Assembly (NCBI GenBank): GCA_965206595.1
Contig: OZ242214.1
Coordinates: 6,624,001 to 6,688,000, forward strand
DNA: 64,000 nucleotides
Direction: 5' to 3'
Source: Candidatus Latescibacterota bacterium
GTDB taxonomy: Bacteria > Latescibacterota > UBA2968 > UBA8231
Part shown: piece by piece, positions 20,775 through 30,163 of the stretch
Numbering within the stretch: position 1 is the stretch's first letter
Layout of the letters: every line of letters starts with the position of its first letter
Program-made: the position numbers and the translations under genes
Notes under the pieces: generated by a model
What the model was told of the DNA's origin: nothing
Databases searched by the model: none
The model's input: the letters and a program-made list of their open reading frames with translations, nothing else

Positions 20775-22106
20775 ATGACGGGCATCTGGGAAATCCTCTC
20801 GCTGACCGACGCCAACGTTCGCTTCGTCCTCGCCGGCTCTCTTCTCATCGGCGCCACCGGCGGCATGCTGGGGACGTTCGCGGTCCTCCGGCGCCGTAGT
20901 CTGATGGGCGACGCCCTGGCGCACGCGGCTCTTCCCGGGGTCGCGCTCGCCTTCATGATGACCGGCAGCAAGTCGCTGCCGGTGCTGATCGCCGGGGCCA
21001 CCGCCACGGGGGTAGCCGGCATGCTGGTCATCCAGTTCATCGTCCACCACACGCGCCTCAAGGCCGACTCCGCCATCGGCATCGTGCTCTCGGTCTTTTT
21101 CGGGGGCGGCATCGTCCTTCTCACCCACATCCAGCGCAGCGGCGTCGGCAACCAGAGCGGCCTCGACAAGTTCCTGTTCGGCCAGGCCGCGGCCATCGTC
21201 AAGGAGGACATCCTCGTCATGGCGGCGATGAGCCTAGCCATCATCGCCGTCCTCCTGTTGCTTTACAAGGAATTCAAGGCCCTAATCTTCGACCCCGGCT
21301 TCCTGCAGTCCCTCGGGTTCCCGGTGCGGGCCATCGACATGGCGCTGATGGGCCTGATCGTGATGACGGTCATGGTCGGGCTGCAGGCGGTCGGAGTGGT
21401 GCTGATCGCCGCCATGCTGATCACCCCGGCCATGGCTGCCCGTTTCTGGACCGAGCGCCTGCACCGCTTGGTGCTGCTGGCGGCGCTCTTCGGCGGCCTG
21501 TCAGGCATTGTCGGAACCTCCCTGAGCGCCATGGCCCCGCGCCTGCCGACAGGGCCGGTGATGGTCCTGGTGGCGACCGGATTCTTCCTGTTGTCCGTCC
21601 TCTTCGGACCCCGGCGCGGCATTTTGGCGCGTCTGCACCGGCGCAACGCCAACGAGCGCCGCGAGCGGCGTCACCATTTCCTGCGGGCAGTGGTCGAGCT
21701 GCTCGAGGCACATCCCGGAAGACATCGGTTTTCCATCGGCGAGGTCGCAGCGGAGCTGGGCTCGGATGCGGGCCGGGCGGGGGCCGATGCGAAGCGGCTG
21801 GCGCGCGCCGGCCTGGCCGCGGTGGGGACCGACGGCATCGCCTTGACAGGGGCTGGGATGTCCGAGGCGACCTTCGTCGTCAAGTCGCACCGCCTGTGGG
21901 AACATTTCCTCGTCTACCGCGACATCCTCGCCGCCGACCATGTCGACCGGCCTGCCGACGAGGTCGAGCACCTGCTGACGCCCGAAATCATCGCCCGTCT
22001 CGAGGAAATCCTGCAGCGCGACCACGGACTCGATCCGGCCAGGGTTATCAACATCCACGAGACCGGCAGCGGCTATGGAACCGGCGACGAAGGGAGGCCC
22101 TCGTGA
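20775..22106 (+). CDS. troC: metal ABC permease with C-terminal DtxR-like domain
   Basis: LMGDALAHAALPG permease motif; tail LT..G...VVKSHRLWEHFL..DHVDRPADEVEH. Confidence 0.88.
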   Translation: MTGIWEILSLTDANVRFVLAGSLLIGATGGMLGTFAVLRRRSLMGDALAHAALPGVALAFMMTGSKSLPVLIAGATATGVAGMLVIQFIVHHTRLKADSAIGIVLSVFFGGGIVLLTHIQRSGVGNQSGLDKFLFGQAAAIVKEDILVMAAMSLAIIAVLLLLYKEFKALIFDPGFLQSLGFPVRAIDMALMGLIVMTVMVGLQAVGVVLIAAMLITPAMAARFWTERLHRLVLLAALFGGLSGIVGTSLSAMAPRLPTGPVMVLVATGFFLLSVLFGPRRGILARLHRRNANERRERRHHFLRAVVELLEAHPGRHRFSIGEVAAELGSDAGRAGADAKRLARAGLAAVGTDGIALTGAGMSEATFVVKSHRLWEHFLVYRDILAADHVDRPADEVEHLLTPEIIARLEEILQRDHGLDPARVINIHETGSGYGTGDEGRPS

Positions 22107-23386
22107 CCGCGGTCCATGGGGAGTGGTCCATTCTGCTGACCGCGGCGCTCGCCGCGGTTTCCTGCGCCCTGCTCGGCACCTTTCTCGTGCTGCGCCGGAT
22201 GTCGCTGCTCGGGGATGCCCTGAGCCACGCGGTGCTTCCCGGGATCGCCATCGCCTTCCTCTTTTTCGGGAGCCGCGCCATCCTGCCGATGTTCGCCGGG
22301 GCCGCGGCTTTCGGGGTGATCACCACCCTGCTCGTCGAAGCCTTCCACCGTCGCTGGCAGGTCCCCGAGGACGCCTCGATCGGCATCGTCTTCACCTCCC
22401 TGTTCGCCCTCGGGGTGGTGCTGATTTCCGCGTATGCCGGACAGGTAGATCTCGACCAGGAGTGCGTTCTCTACGGCGAGATCGCCTACACCCCGTGGGA
22501 CGTTCTGGTCTGGGGAGATACCGATCTCGGTCCCCGCCCCGTCTGGATCCTCGGCTCGGTCCTCCTCCTCAACCTGCTGTTCGTCGGATTTCTCTATAAA
22601 GAGCTGGTGATCGCCTCGTTCGATCCTGCCATGGCGCTGTCGGTTGGCATCAACGCAACCCTGGTCCACTACCTGCTGATGGGGGCGGTGTCGTTGACCA
22701 CAGTGGCGAGCTTCGAGTCCGTCGGCGCCATTCTCGTGGTCGCCCTGCTGATCGTTCCCGGCGCCGCGGCCTGCCTGTGGAGCGACCGCCTGCCGGTCGT
22801 GCTGGCAATTGCGGTGCTGTTCGGGATCGCCGCGGCCGTGGGCGGCTACTACGCGGCGGGCATCTGGAACAGCTCGATCGCCGGTGCGATCGTTGTGCTC
22901 CTCGGCGCGGCTTTCGCCTTGTCGGTGTTCCTCGCGCCGCGACAGGGACTGTTGGCGCGCCTCTGGCAGCGGTGCCGGCTGTCGGTCAGAATCGCCCAGG
23001 ACCACCTGTTGCTCTCGATGGTGCGGGCTGCCGAGGTCGACGAGAATCGGCGCTGGCCGGCCCCGCAGCTGCGTGGTGAGGCATCGGTCCATAGCCTGCT
23101 TGCCCGCCTCGCTCTGCGCCGCCTGCGCCGCCTTGCCCTGCTCCAGCAGACGGCGACCGGGCTGCGCCTAACCGAACTTGGCCGCAGCCAGGGGCTGCGC
23201 CTGCTGCGCGGCCACCGGCTGTGGGAAACCTATCTCAACGAACTGGGGATCAGGCCCGACCACGTGCACGATCCGGCCGACATCCTCGAGCACTACATCG
23301 ACGAGCCCCTTGAACGCGAAATCGACCGGCAGGTGGCCGAGCGGGCCCTCGACCCCCAGGGCAAGGAGATCCCCCCCACCCGCTGA
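22103..23386 (+). CDS. troD: metal ABC permease with C-terminal DtxR-like domain
   Basis: GTG start overlaps the troC stop; LLGDALSHAVLPG; tail LTELG..HRLWETYL..HVHDPADILEH..DPQGKEIP. Confidence 0.88.
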   Translation: MTAVHGEWSILLTAALAAVSCALLGTFLVLRRMSLLGDALSHAVLPGIAIAFLFFGSRAILPMFAGAAAFGVITTLLVEAFHRRWQVPEDASIGIVFTSLFALGVVLISAYAGQVDLDQECVLYGEIAYTPWDVLVWGDTDLGPRPVWILGSVLLLNLLFVGFLYKELVIASFDPAMALSVGINATLVHYLLMGAVSLTTVASFESVGAILVVALLIVPGAAACLWSDRLPVVLAIAVLFGIAAAVGGYYAAGIWNSSIAGAIVVLLGAAFALSVFLAPRQGLLARLWQRCRLSVRIAQDHLLLSMVRAAEVDENRRWPAPQLRGEASVHSLLARLALRRLRRLALLQQTATGLRLTELGRSQGLRLLRGHRLWETYLNELGIRPDHVHDPADILEHYIDEPLEREIDRQVAERALDPQGKEIPPTR

Positions 23387-23541
23387 AGCGCCGGTCGACC
23401 CGGGTTCCCGCCCTGTTCGGCTTCCGTCAGTCCTCCGTCCCTTTTCCCATGCGTGAAAGGTGGGTCCGGGCCGGCCCCGGTGACGCAGACAGGCGCGCGC
23501 CGGCACGGAAAAACAGGGGATGGGAAACTACAAAATAGCGA

Positions 23542-23605
23542 TTGACGAAGGCCGATCGGGACTGCTATATTAGGCATGTCAATCATTTGTTTGCCATATA
23601 AAACA
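23542..23605 (+). promoter_or_regulatory. putative feoAB promoter and operator
   Basis: TTGACG-18 nt-TATATT; TGTTT-N8-AAACA palindrome at 23588-23605 in an AT-rich patch. Confidence 0.5.
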
Positions 23606-23653
23606 GATTGTTGTCATAACATACGGCAGGTATCAGGTTGGTAACGACGTGAA

Positions 23654-23959
23654 ATGAACGTCAACGGCACCTCCCGAAACGGGCAAGACGCGGGGATCAC
23701 CAATCTGTCGGAATGCGGTCTTCATGTCGAAGCCGAGGTGGTCGAAGCCCCCTGCAATACCTCGGTCGAGACGCGGCTGCGCGAAATCGGCCTGGTTCCC
23801 GGAGTGCGCGTTCGCGTCATTCGAAGCGGCAGCCGCATCGTCCTTCAGGTAGGAGAAGGACGGGTCGCCATGCGCCGGATAGACGCCTCCACCATTCGCG
23901 TGCGCCCCCTGGACGGGGCCAATTCTCCGAGCCCGCCCGCCCTTCCCGCGGCGACGTAG
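23654..23959 (+). CDS. feoA: ferrous iron transport protein A
   Basis: RLREIGLVPGVRVRV..RVAMRR SH3-like motif; directly upstream of feoB. Confidence 0.85.
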   Translation: MNVNGTSRNGQDAGITNLSECGLHVEAEVVEAPCNTSVETRLREIGLVPGVRVRVIRSGSRIVLQVGEGRVAMRRIDASTIRVRPLDGANSPSPPALPAAT

Positions 23960-23989
23960 CTTTACCCGGCCACCGCGCGGCAATCAGGA

Positions 23990-26182
23990 ATGACCGCTGC
24001 ATCACCCGGGGGCGAGCCGGCGCCCTCAATCGCCCTGATCGGCAACCCCAACACCGGCAAGACCACTCTGTTCAACGCCCTCACCGGGCTTTCGCAGCAC
24101 GTCGGCAACTACCCTGGTGTGACGGTCGAGCACATGAGCGGCACCCTCTCGCTGAGCGGGGGGGGCACCGCGGAGTTGATCGACCTGCCGGGAACCTACA
24201 GCCTCGCCGCTCGCGCCCCGGACCAGCTCATCGCGGTCGACGTCCTTCTCGGCCAGCAGGCCGGCGCTCCCGAGGCCGATCTCGTTCTTGCCATCGTCGA
24301 TGCCAGCAACCTGCGCCGCAATCTCTACCTGATCTCGCAGCTGCTCGAGGTCGGCACTCGGATCGTCATCGCCCTCAACATGACCGACATCGCCCGCCGC
24401 CGCGGCGTCGAGGTCAACGCCAGTGTCCTGTCCGCCCGCCTCGGGGTGCCGGTCGTTCCGATCTCCGCGAGGCGGCGCCAGGGTCTGCGGGCTCTGAAGC
24501 AGGCCCTGGAGGCGGTGCTGAACACCGCGGAGCAACCGCACCCGAACCTGCCGGAGTTTCCCGTGCCCCTGAGCGAGCAGGCACAGGCGCTCGCCGGGCT
24601 CCCCGTGGTTGCGGATGGCCGCGAGCGCTCCCTGTCCCGGGTCGAGGCGTTTCGCGCCCTCGTCGACGCGGGCGGGGTCATCGAACAACGCCTCGGCGCC
24701 TCGCTGGGAGGCGGCATCAACGCTCGCCTGGAACGAATGAGGGGCAAGGTCGGCGCCGCGAGCCCGCTCGCCGCTCTCGAGACCGAAATCCGCTATGCCT
24801 GGATCGAGCGGGTACTCGAGGATTCGGTATTTCAGGGGAGACCGTTGCTCCCGAGCCGTTCCGACAGAATCGACCGCGTCCTCATGCACCGGGTCGCCGG
24901 AGGGGCGGTGTTCGCCCTCCTCAGTGCGCTCGTGTTCCAAGCGATCTTCGCCTGGGCGGTGCCGGTCATGGACGCCATCGACGCGCTGTTCTCGGGCCTG
25001 GGCGCCGCAGTCTCCGCGGTGATGGCCCCCGGCCCGTTTCACAGCCTGATCGTCGACGGGATCGTAGCCGGGGTCGGCGGCGTGGTGATCTTTCTGCCGC
25101 AGATCGCCATCCTCTTCCTGTTCATCTCCGTGCTCGAGGATTGCGGCTACATGGCGCGCGCCGCCCTGCTGATGGACCGGCTGTTGAGCCGTTGCGGGCT
25201 GTCGGGCAAGTCGTTCCTGCCGCTGCTTTCCAGCTTTGCCTGCGCCGTTCCCGGGGTGATGGCGACGCGCACCGTGGAGGACCGGCGCGACCGCCTGACG
25301 ACGATGATGGTTGCGCCGCTAATGAGCTGCTCGGCGCGGCTGCCCGTGTACGTCCTCATCATCGGCGCCTTCATCCCCGATCGCGCCCTTCTCGGCACCT
25401 GGGTCGGCCTGCAGGGACTGACCCTGTTCGCCATGTACTGCGTTGGGGCCGCGGTCGCCGTCCCGGTCGCCTGGGTGCTCAAGGGGACCCTGCTGAAGGG
25501 GGATCCGCCCCCCTTTCTGCTCGAGATGCCGTCGTACAAATTGCCGGCGCCGCGCACCGTCGCCCTGCGGGTGTACCACAGCAGCAAGGCTTTCGTCCTG
25601 CGCGCCGGCAGCATCATCCTCGCGACCACCATCGTCATGTGGGCCCTGGCCTATTTCCCGAGGCCCGGCGAGGTCGTGCAGCAATACGAAAGGGAGCGCC
25701 TGGGAACCACCGCAGCCGAGGAGATCCAGGATATCGAACGCCGCCAAGCCGCCCACCTGCTGGAAGTCAGCTATCTAGGCCAGGCGGGCAAGTTCGTCGA
25801 GCCGGTCGTCGCCCCCCTGGGGTGGGACTGGCGCATAGGCATGGCGACCCTGGCCTCCTTCCCGGCGCGGGAGGTGATCGTGTCGGTGCTGGGAACGATC
25901 TACAGCCTCGGAGGAGATCAGGACGAGACCTCCGAAGACCTGAGCCATGCCCTGCAGGCGGCCAGGCGCGCCGACGGGCGCGCCGCGATCGGGATCCCCG
26001 CCGCCCTGTCGATCATGGTCTTCTTCGCGCTCTGCGCCCAATGCATGTCGACGCTGGCGGTGATAAAGCGGGAGTCCGGATCCTGGAAGTGGCCCCTGCT
26101 GACCTTCGTCTACATGACCCTGCTCGCCTACCTCGGGGCTCTCGCGACCTACCGCGGCGCCCTGTGGCTGGGGTTGGGGTAA
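23990..26182 (+). CDS. feoB: ferrous iron transport protein B
   Basis: GNPNTGKTT, VGNYPGVTVE, DLPGTYSL, LNMTD, LEDCGYMAR and MSCSARLPVY. Confidence 0.96.
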   Translation: MTAASPGGEPAPSIALIGNPNTGKTTLFNALTGLSQHVGNYPGVTVEHMSGTLSLSGGGTAELIDLPGTYSLAARAPDQLIAVDVLLGQQAGAPEADLVLAIVDASNLRRNLYLISQLLEVGTRIVIALNMTDIARRRGVEVNASVLSARLGVPVVPISARRRQGLRALKQALEAVLNTAEQPHPNLPEFPVPLSEQAQALAGLPVVADGRERSLSRVEAFRALVDAGGVIEQRLGASLGGGINARLERMRGKVGAASPLAALETEIRYAWIERVLEDSVFQGRPLLPSRSDRIDRVLMHRVAGGAVFALLSALVFQAIFAWAVPVMDAIDALFSGLGAAVSAVMAPGPFHSLIVDGIVAGVGGVVIFLPQIAILFLFISVLEDCGYMARAALLMDRLLSRCGLSGKSFLPLLSSFACAVPGVMATRTVEDRRDRLTTMMVAPLMSCSARLPVYVLIIGAFIPDRALLGTWVGLQGLTLFAMYCVGAAVAVPVAWVLKGTLLKGDPPPFLLEMPSYKLPAPRTVALRVYHSSKAFVLRAGSIILATTIVMWALAYFPRPGEVVQQYERERLGTTAAEEIQDIERRQAAHLLEVSYLGQAGKFVEPVVAPLGWDWRIGMATLASFPAREVIVSVLGTIYSLGGDQDETSEDLSHALQAARRADGRAAIGIPAALSIMVFFALCAQCMSTLAVIKRESGSWKWPLLTFVYMTLLAYLGALATYRGALWLGLG

Positions 26183-26202
26183 CGCGACCCGGGGAAGAAA
26201 CG

Positions 26203-26382
26203 GTGGCCGCCTTACTGACCGAGAACTGGCAGACCGGAGCGGCGCTGCTCGCCGCCGGGTTCTGCGCCGGCTGGGTGGCGGTGCGCGTCCTGGCGCCGTT
26301 CCTTCGCCGCCGCGGCGGCGAAAAGGACGAAGGACCCGGCTCCTCCCCGCTGATCGAGATCGATCCGCCCGGCCGCAACTAG
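26203..26382 (+). CDS. small single-TM protein downstream of feoB
   Basis: GTG ORF of 59 aa, ENWQTGAALLAAGFCAGWVAVRVLAPFLRRR; position typical of small FeoB-associated membrane proteins. Confidence 0.5.
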   Translation: MAALLTENWQTGAALLAAGFCAGWVAVRVLAPFLRRRGGEKDEGPGSSPLIEIDPPGRN

Positions 26383-26427
26383 CAGGCTGTTGAAACCACG
26401 ATTTCCGGATTTTCAACGGCCTGCTAG
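26379..26427. mobile_element. 49-bp miniature inverted-repeat element (IS-end remnant)
   Basis: CTAGCAGGCTGTTGAAA-N15-TTTCAACGGCCTGCTAG, a 17-bp IR with one mismatch and CTAG at both ends; resembles IS5/IS1182-type termini. Confidence 0.6.
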
Positions 26428-26742
26428 GCCTGAAAGGCCGCCCGCCTCCTGGCGTCCCGGCGCGACCGACCGCCCCCGACAATGGTCCGGCAAGAAGGGC
26501 GGCAGGTTGCCATCGGCGTGGCTTCGGATTCCGCAAATGCGTGTAACTGCGTGGCCTGGTAATTCTGCCGGCTCCACACGCTCGCTTCGGCCCATCCTTC
26601 CTCGAGCTCGCCGCCGAGACCGCGGCACTCTTCCGGGAGCCTTGGCCGTGAGTTGTTTCCAGAGAACCAGCGATCGGGCGGGACCGGAATCACCCCGCGG
26701 TCCCGTCCTGCAGGCCCGGATGCCCTCGCGCTCTCTGGCGGC

Positions 26743-27579
26743 TCAAGCCAGCATCACCCGGTGCATCAGGCGCCGGAAGCCCTGGTAGTCATTCAGGGGT
26801 AGGTGCTGGGCACAGCGATTGTCCCAGAGGGTAAGGGTCCCCCTTTCCCACCGGATGCGGCAGGTGAACTCCGGGCGCACCTGATGGTCGAACAGGTAGT
26901 CGAGCAAAGGCCGGCTCTCCCCCTCCGTCCACCCTTCAAACCGGATCGTATGGCCGCGGTTGACGTAGAGGGCCTTGCGCCCGGTCTCGGGATGGGTGCG
27001 CACTACCGGATGCAACGCGCTCAGCACTTTGAGCGCTTTCCCCTTGTCCCGCAGACGATCATCCCTCGTTCTCGCGATTTCCGGTTTCGAGGAGGTGTTG
27101 ACGGCAGTCAGGCCGGCAAGCGTCCCCCTGAGTCCCTCCGAAAGGGTTTCATAGGCGATGTACTGGTTGGCGAAGATCGTGTCGCCGCCATGGGGTGGGA
27201 CCTCGACGGCGTACAGCTGGCTCGCCTTCGGTGGAGATTCGAGGTAGGCAGTGTCCGAGTGCCAGACGCCGCCGAAATTGACCCGCTCCTGCTCCCGTTT
27301 GATCACCTCGGTGATCAGGGGAAACCCCCGCAACCCTTCGAGTTGCGGATAGGGCATCGGTTCGCCCATCTGCCGGGCGAAGGCGAGCTCTTCCCGAGGG
27401 GTGAGTTCCTGATCCCGGAAGCAGATGACCAAGTGGTCGAGGAAGGCGCGGCGGATCTCCGCCAAAAGGTCGGGTTCGAGAGGCCGGGATAGATCGGCGC
27501 CCTTGATCTCGGCGCCGAGAGCGCCGGAGACCGGGTGGACCTCGATGCGGCGATAGGGACGCGTGCACTGCGTTTGCAT
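26743..27579 (-). CDS. TauD/TfdA family dioxygenase
   Basis: LGAEIKG, WHSD, GGDT, HPVVRTHPETGRKALYVN and WDNRCAQH. Confidence 0.92.
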   Translation of the reverse strand: MQTQCTRPYRRIEVHPVSGALGAEIKGADLSRPLEPDLLAEIRRAFLDHLVICFRDQELTPREELAFARQMGEPMPYPQLEGLRGFPLITEVIKREQERVNFGGVWHSDTAYLESPPKASQLYAVEVPPHGGDTIFANQYIAYETLSEGLRGTLAGLTAVNTSSKPEIARTRDDRLRDKGKALKVLSALHPVVRTHPETGRKALYVNRGHTIRFEGWTEGESRPLLDYLFDHQVRPEFTCRIRWERGTLTLWDNRCAQHLPLNDYQGFRRLMHRVMLA

Positions 27580-27584
27580 GGGGA

Positions 27585-28670
27585 CTACGGGCGGCAGAAC
27601 CGCTTTCCCGGCAGCTGGACCACCCTTCCCGACATCTCCATTCGCAGCAGCAGATCGAGGGTCCGCGCAGGGCCCAGGCCGGTGAGTTCGCTCAGCTCGT
27701 CGACGTGGCGGGTCTCGTCGAGAAGGGCGGCGACCATCCCCTCCGGCGAGCCGTCGTCCGCCGCGGGCAGGCGCGGCTGCGGCTGAGGACGCGGGGGCGC
27801 GGCCAGTCCGAGGGACTCAAGCACGTCTGCCGCCCTTTCGACCAGCCCGGCCTCGCCGCGGCGGATCAGCCCATGGCACCCGGAGCTTTTGCCGGCGGCG
27901 ACGTCCCCCGGCACGGCAAACAGGGGGCGGCCCAGGTCGCGCGCGATGCGGGCGGTGATCAGGGCACCGCTGCGCGCCGGGGCCTCGGCGACGATTACCG
28001 CGGTGCACAGAGCGCTGACGATGCGGTTGCGCTTGGGAAAGGTGCCGGCCGATGCCGGCGTCCCCATCGGCTGCTCCGCAACCGCCGCACCTTTCTCCAA
28101 TATCCTCTTGTAAAGAGTTCGATTCCCCGCGGGGGAGGGCCTGTCGAGGCCGCTGCCGAGCACCGCCGCGGTTGCGCCCCCCGCCTCGAGGGCACCCTCG
28201 TGAGCCGCGGCGTCGATGCCATCCGCCATGCCGCTGACTACGCAGATTCCGGCCGCTGCCAGCTCTGCCGCCATTCTGCGGGCGAGCCGGCGCCCGCTCT
28301 CGCTGCACCGGCGCGTGCCGACCATGGCGATACAGCGGTCGCCCAGGCGTCCGGCGATGTAGAGAACGGCTGGCGGCGGGCGCAGTTCCGCAACCGGCGC
28401 GGGATATTGTTCGCTCGCGAACGGTGCAATCTCCACCCCGGCGGCGCGCGCCGCGGCGATCTGCGATTCCGCCCACTCCCTGTCGGGCGTTGCGCCCACG
28501 GCCTCCCGGGCGGCTGCTTCACCGACTATGCCCACCCAGTCCGCGCCGCGGTGGGCGAGGGCGGCGGTCGCCGAGCCGTACTCCCGGATCAGCCGGCAGG
28601 CGCGACCGTCCCCTATGTGGGGAAGCCGCCGCAACTCCAGGGCCGCTCTCGCTTCTCCGGCGCCGTTCAT
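27585..28670 (-). CDS. dprA: DNA-processing protein DprA
   Basis: AMVGTR, VSGMADGIDAAAH, FPKRNRIVS and SGALITA; C-terminal winged helix. ATG overlaps the obgE stop. Confidence 0.92.
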   Translation of the reverse strand: MNGAGEARAALELRRLPHIGDGRACRLIREYGSATAALAHRGADWVGIVGEAAAREAVGATPDREWAESQIAAARAAGVEIAPFASEQYPAPVAELRPPPAVLYIAGRLGDRCIAMVGTRRCSESGRRLARRMAAELAAAGICVVSGMADGIDAAAHEGALEAGGATAAVLGSGLDRPSPAGNRTLYKRILEKGAAVAEQPMGTPASAGTFPKRNRIVSALCTAVIVAEAPARSGALITARIARDLGRPLFAVPGDVAAGKSSGCHGLIRRGEAGLVERAADVLESLGLAAPPRPQPQPRLPAADDGSPEGMVAALLDETRHVDELSELTGLGPARTLDLLLRMEMSGRVVQLPGKRFCRP

Positions 28671-29662
28671 CGCCGTTCCTCCTCGCGCCTCTCCCTGACC
28701 CGGTTTCCGAGGAAGGAGACGAGGTCGCCAAGTCCGTGTCCGCTGACCGCCGAGATTGCGAAGCGGGGTGCCGGGTCGCTCCACGATTCGGGAAGCGCCC
28801 GGTCCGGAACCTCGAACAGATCCGCTTTTGTCAAAGCGACGGCGTGCGGTTTGTCGAGCAGCGAAGGGTTGCTCTGGCGCAACTCGTGGCGCAACAGCTC
28901 GAAATCCCCCTCCGGATTAGGGCTGGCGGCGTCGAGGATGAACAGCAGGATGCGGGTGCGTTCGACGTGGCGCAGAAACCGCGTCCCCAGTCCCCTGCCC
29001 CGGTGGGCCCCTTCGATCAAACCGGGCAGATCGGCCATCAGGAAGGTCTCGTACTCGCTCCAGCGCACGATCCCGAGGTGCGGTTCGAGGGTGGTGAAAG
29101 GATAGCCGGCGATCTTCGGACGCGCCGCAGACAGGCGGGAAAGGAGCGTCGACTTGCCGGCGTTGGGCAGGCCGACGAGTCCGACTTCCGCCAGCAGCTT
29201 GAGCTCGAGGAGGACGACGGCCCCCTCCCCGGGCCCGCCCTCATCGGCACGCGTGGGCGCCTGGTTGCGGGAGGTCGCGAAGCGCGCGTTTCCGCGTCCC
29301 CCGCGGCCTCCCACGAGGAAGCGGAACTCCTGGCCGGCGACGACGAGGTCGGCGATGATCTCCCCAGCCTCGGTGCGGACCACCGTCCCGGGGGGCACCC
29401 TGATGACCGCGTCCTCGCCTCGGGCCCCGGTCATGTTCCCGCCGCGGCCATGGGTTCCGCGCCCCGCCGAGATCAGCGGCCGGTAGCGGTAGTCGAGCAG
29501 GGTGTCGAGGCTGTCGTCGACGCGGAAGATCACGCTTCCCCCGTCGCCGCCGTCGCCGCCGTCGGGCCCTCCTAGCGGCCGGTACTTCTCGCGCAGGAAG
29601 CTGCTGCAGCCATTGCCCCCGTCGCCGGAGCGCAGGGTAAGTCTGACCTCGTCGATGAACAC
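28667..29662 (-). CDS. obgE: GTPase ObgE/CgtA
   Basis: FIDEV..GDGGNG, GGPDGGDGG, GLPNAGKST, YPFTTLEP and DLPGLIEGA. Confidence 0.96.
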   Translation of the reverse strand: MFIDEVRLTLRSGDGGNGCSSFLREKYRPLGGPDGGDGGDGGSVIFRVDDSLDTLLDYRYRPLISAGRGTHGRGGNMTGARGEDAVIRVPPGTVVRTEAGEIIADLVVAGQEFRFLVGGRGGRGNARFATSRNQAPTRADEGGPGEGAVVLLELKLLAEVGLVGLPNAGKSTLLSRLSAARPKIAGYPFTTLEPHLGIVRWSEYETFLMADLPGLIEGAHRGRGLGTRFLRHVERTRILLFILDAASPNPEGDFELLRHELRQSNPSLLDKPHAVALTKADLFEVPDRALPESWSDPAPRFAISAVSGHGLGDLVSFLGNRVRERREEERR

Positions 29663-29683
29663 AGCTGCCCCTTCAGGCCGCGG

Positions 29684-30163
29684 TCAGCGGTCGAAGCGGT
29701 TCTTCAGTCTGGCGGCGACCCCAGGTGGCACGAAGCGGTTGACTTCGCCCCCCATTTCCGCCACCTGGCGCACGACTGAGGAGTGGAGGTACATGAACTC
29801 CTGGCTTGTCATCAGGAACACGGTATCGAATTCCGGCCACAGCTCGCGGTTGGTCAGGGCCATGGAGAATTCGATATCGAAGTCGGTGAGGGCGCGCAAT
29901 CCGCGCACGGCGTGGGTAATTCCGTTGGCGCGGGCGTACTCCACCAGCAGGCCGGAGGTCTGGTCGACCTTTACTTGAGGCCACTGTTCGGTCGCTTCCC
30001 GGATCATCTCGATCCTCTCCCCCAGCGGGAACAGCGACTTTTTGGAAGGGTTGACGGCGATGAGAACGGTCAGTCGATCGAAGATGTCCAGGGCGCGTTC
30101 AATGATGTTGATATGCCCCAGGGTGATCGGGTCGAAGCTCCCCGGGTAGAGGGCGGTTTTCAT
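29684..30163 (-). CDS. coaD: phosphopantetheine adenylyltransferase
   Basis: MKTALYPGSFDPITLGH and VRGLRALTDF. Confidence 0.95.
   Translation of the reverse strand: MKTALYPGSFDPITLGHINIIERALDIFDRLTVLIAVNPSKKSLFPLGERIEMIREATEQWPQVKVDQTSGLLVEYARANGITHAVRGLRALTDFDIEFSMALTNRELWPEFDTVFLMTSQEFMYLHSSVVRQVAEMGGEVNRFVPPGVAARLKNRFDR

Noticed and set aside
23713-26200. Bulk of the 889-aa Arg/Pro-rich ORF
   Set aside because: Alternate frame of feoAB; only the last 59 codons look like a real protein.
26430-26740. Short ORFs between the feo locus and tauD
   Set aside because: No motifs or RBS; likely non-coding or decayed sequence.
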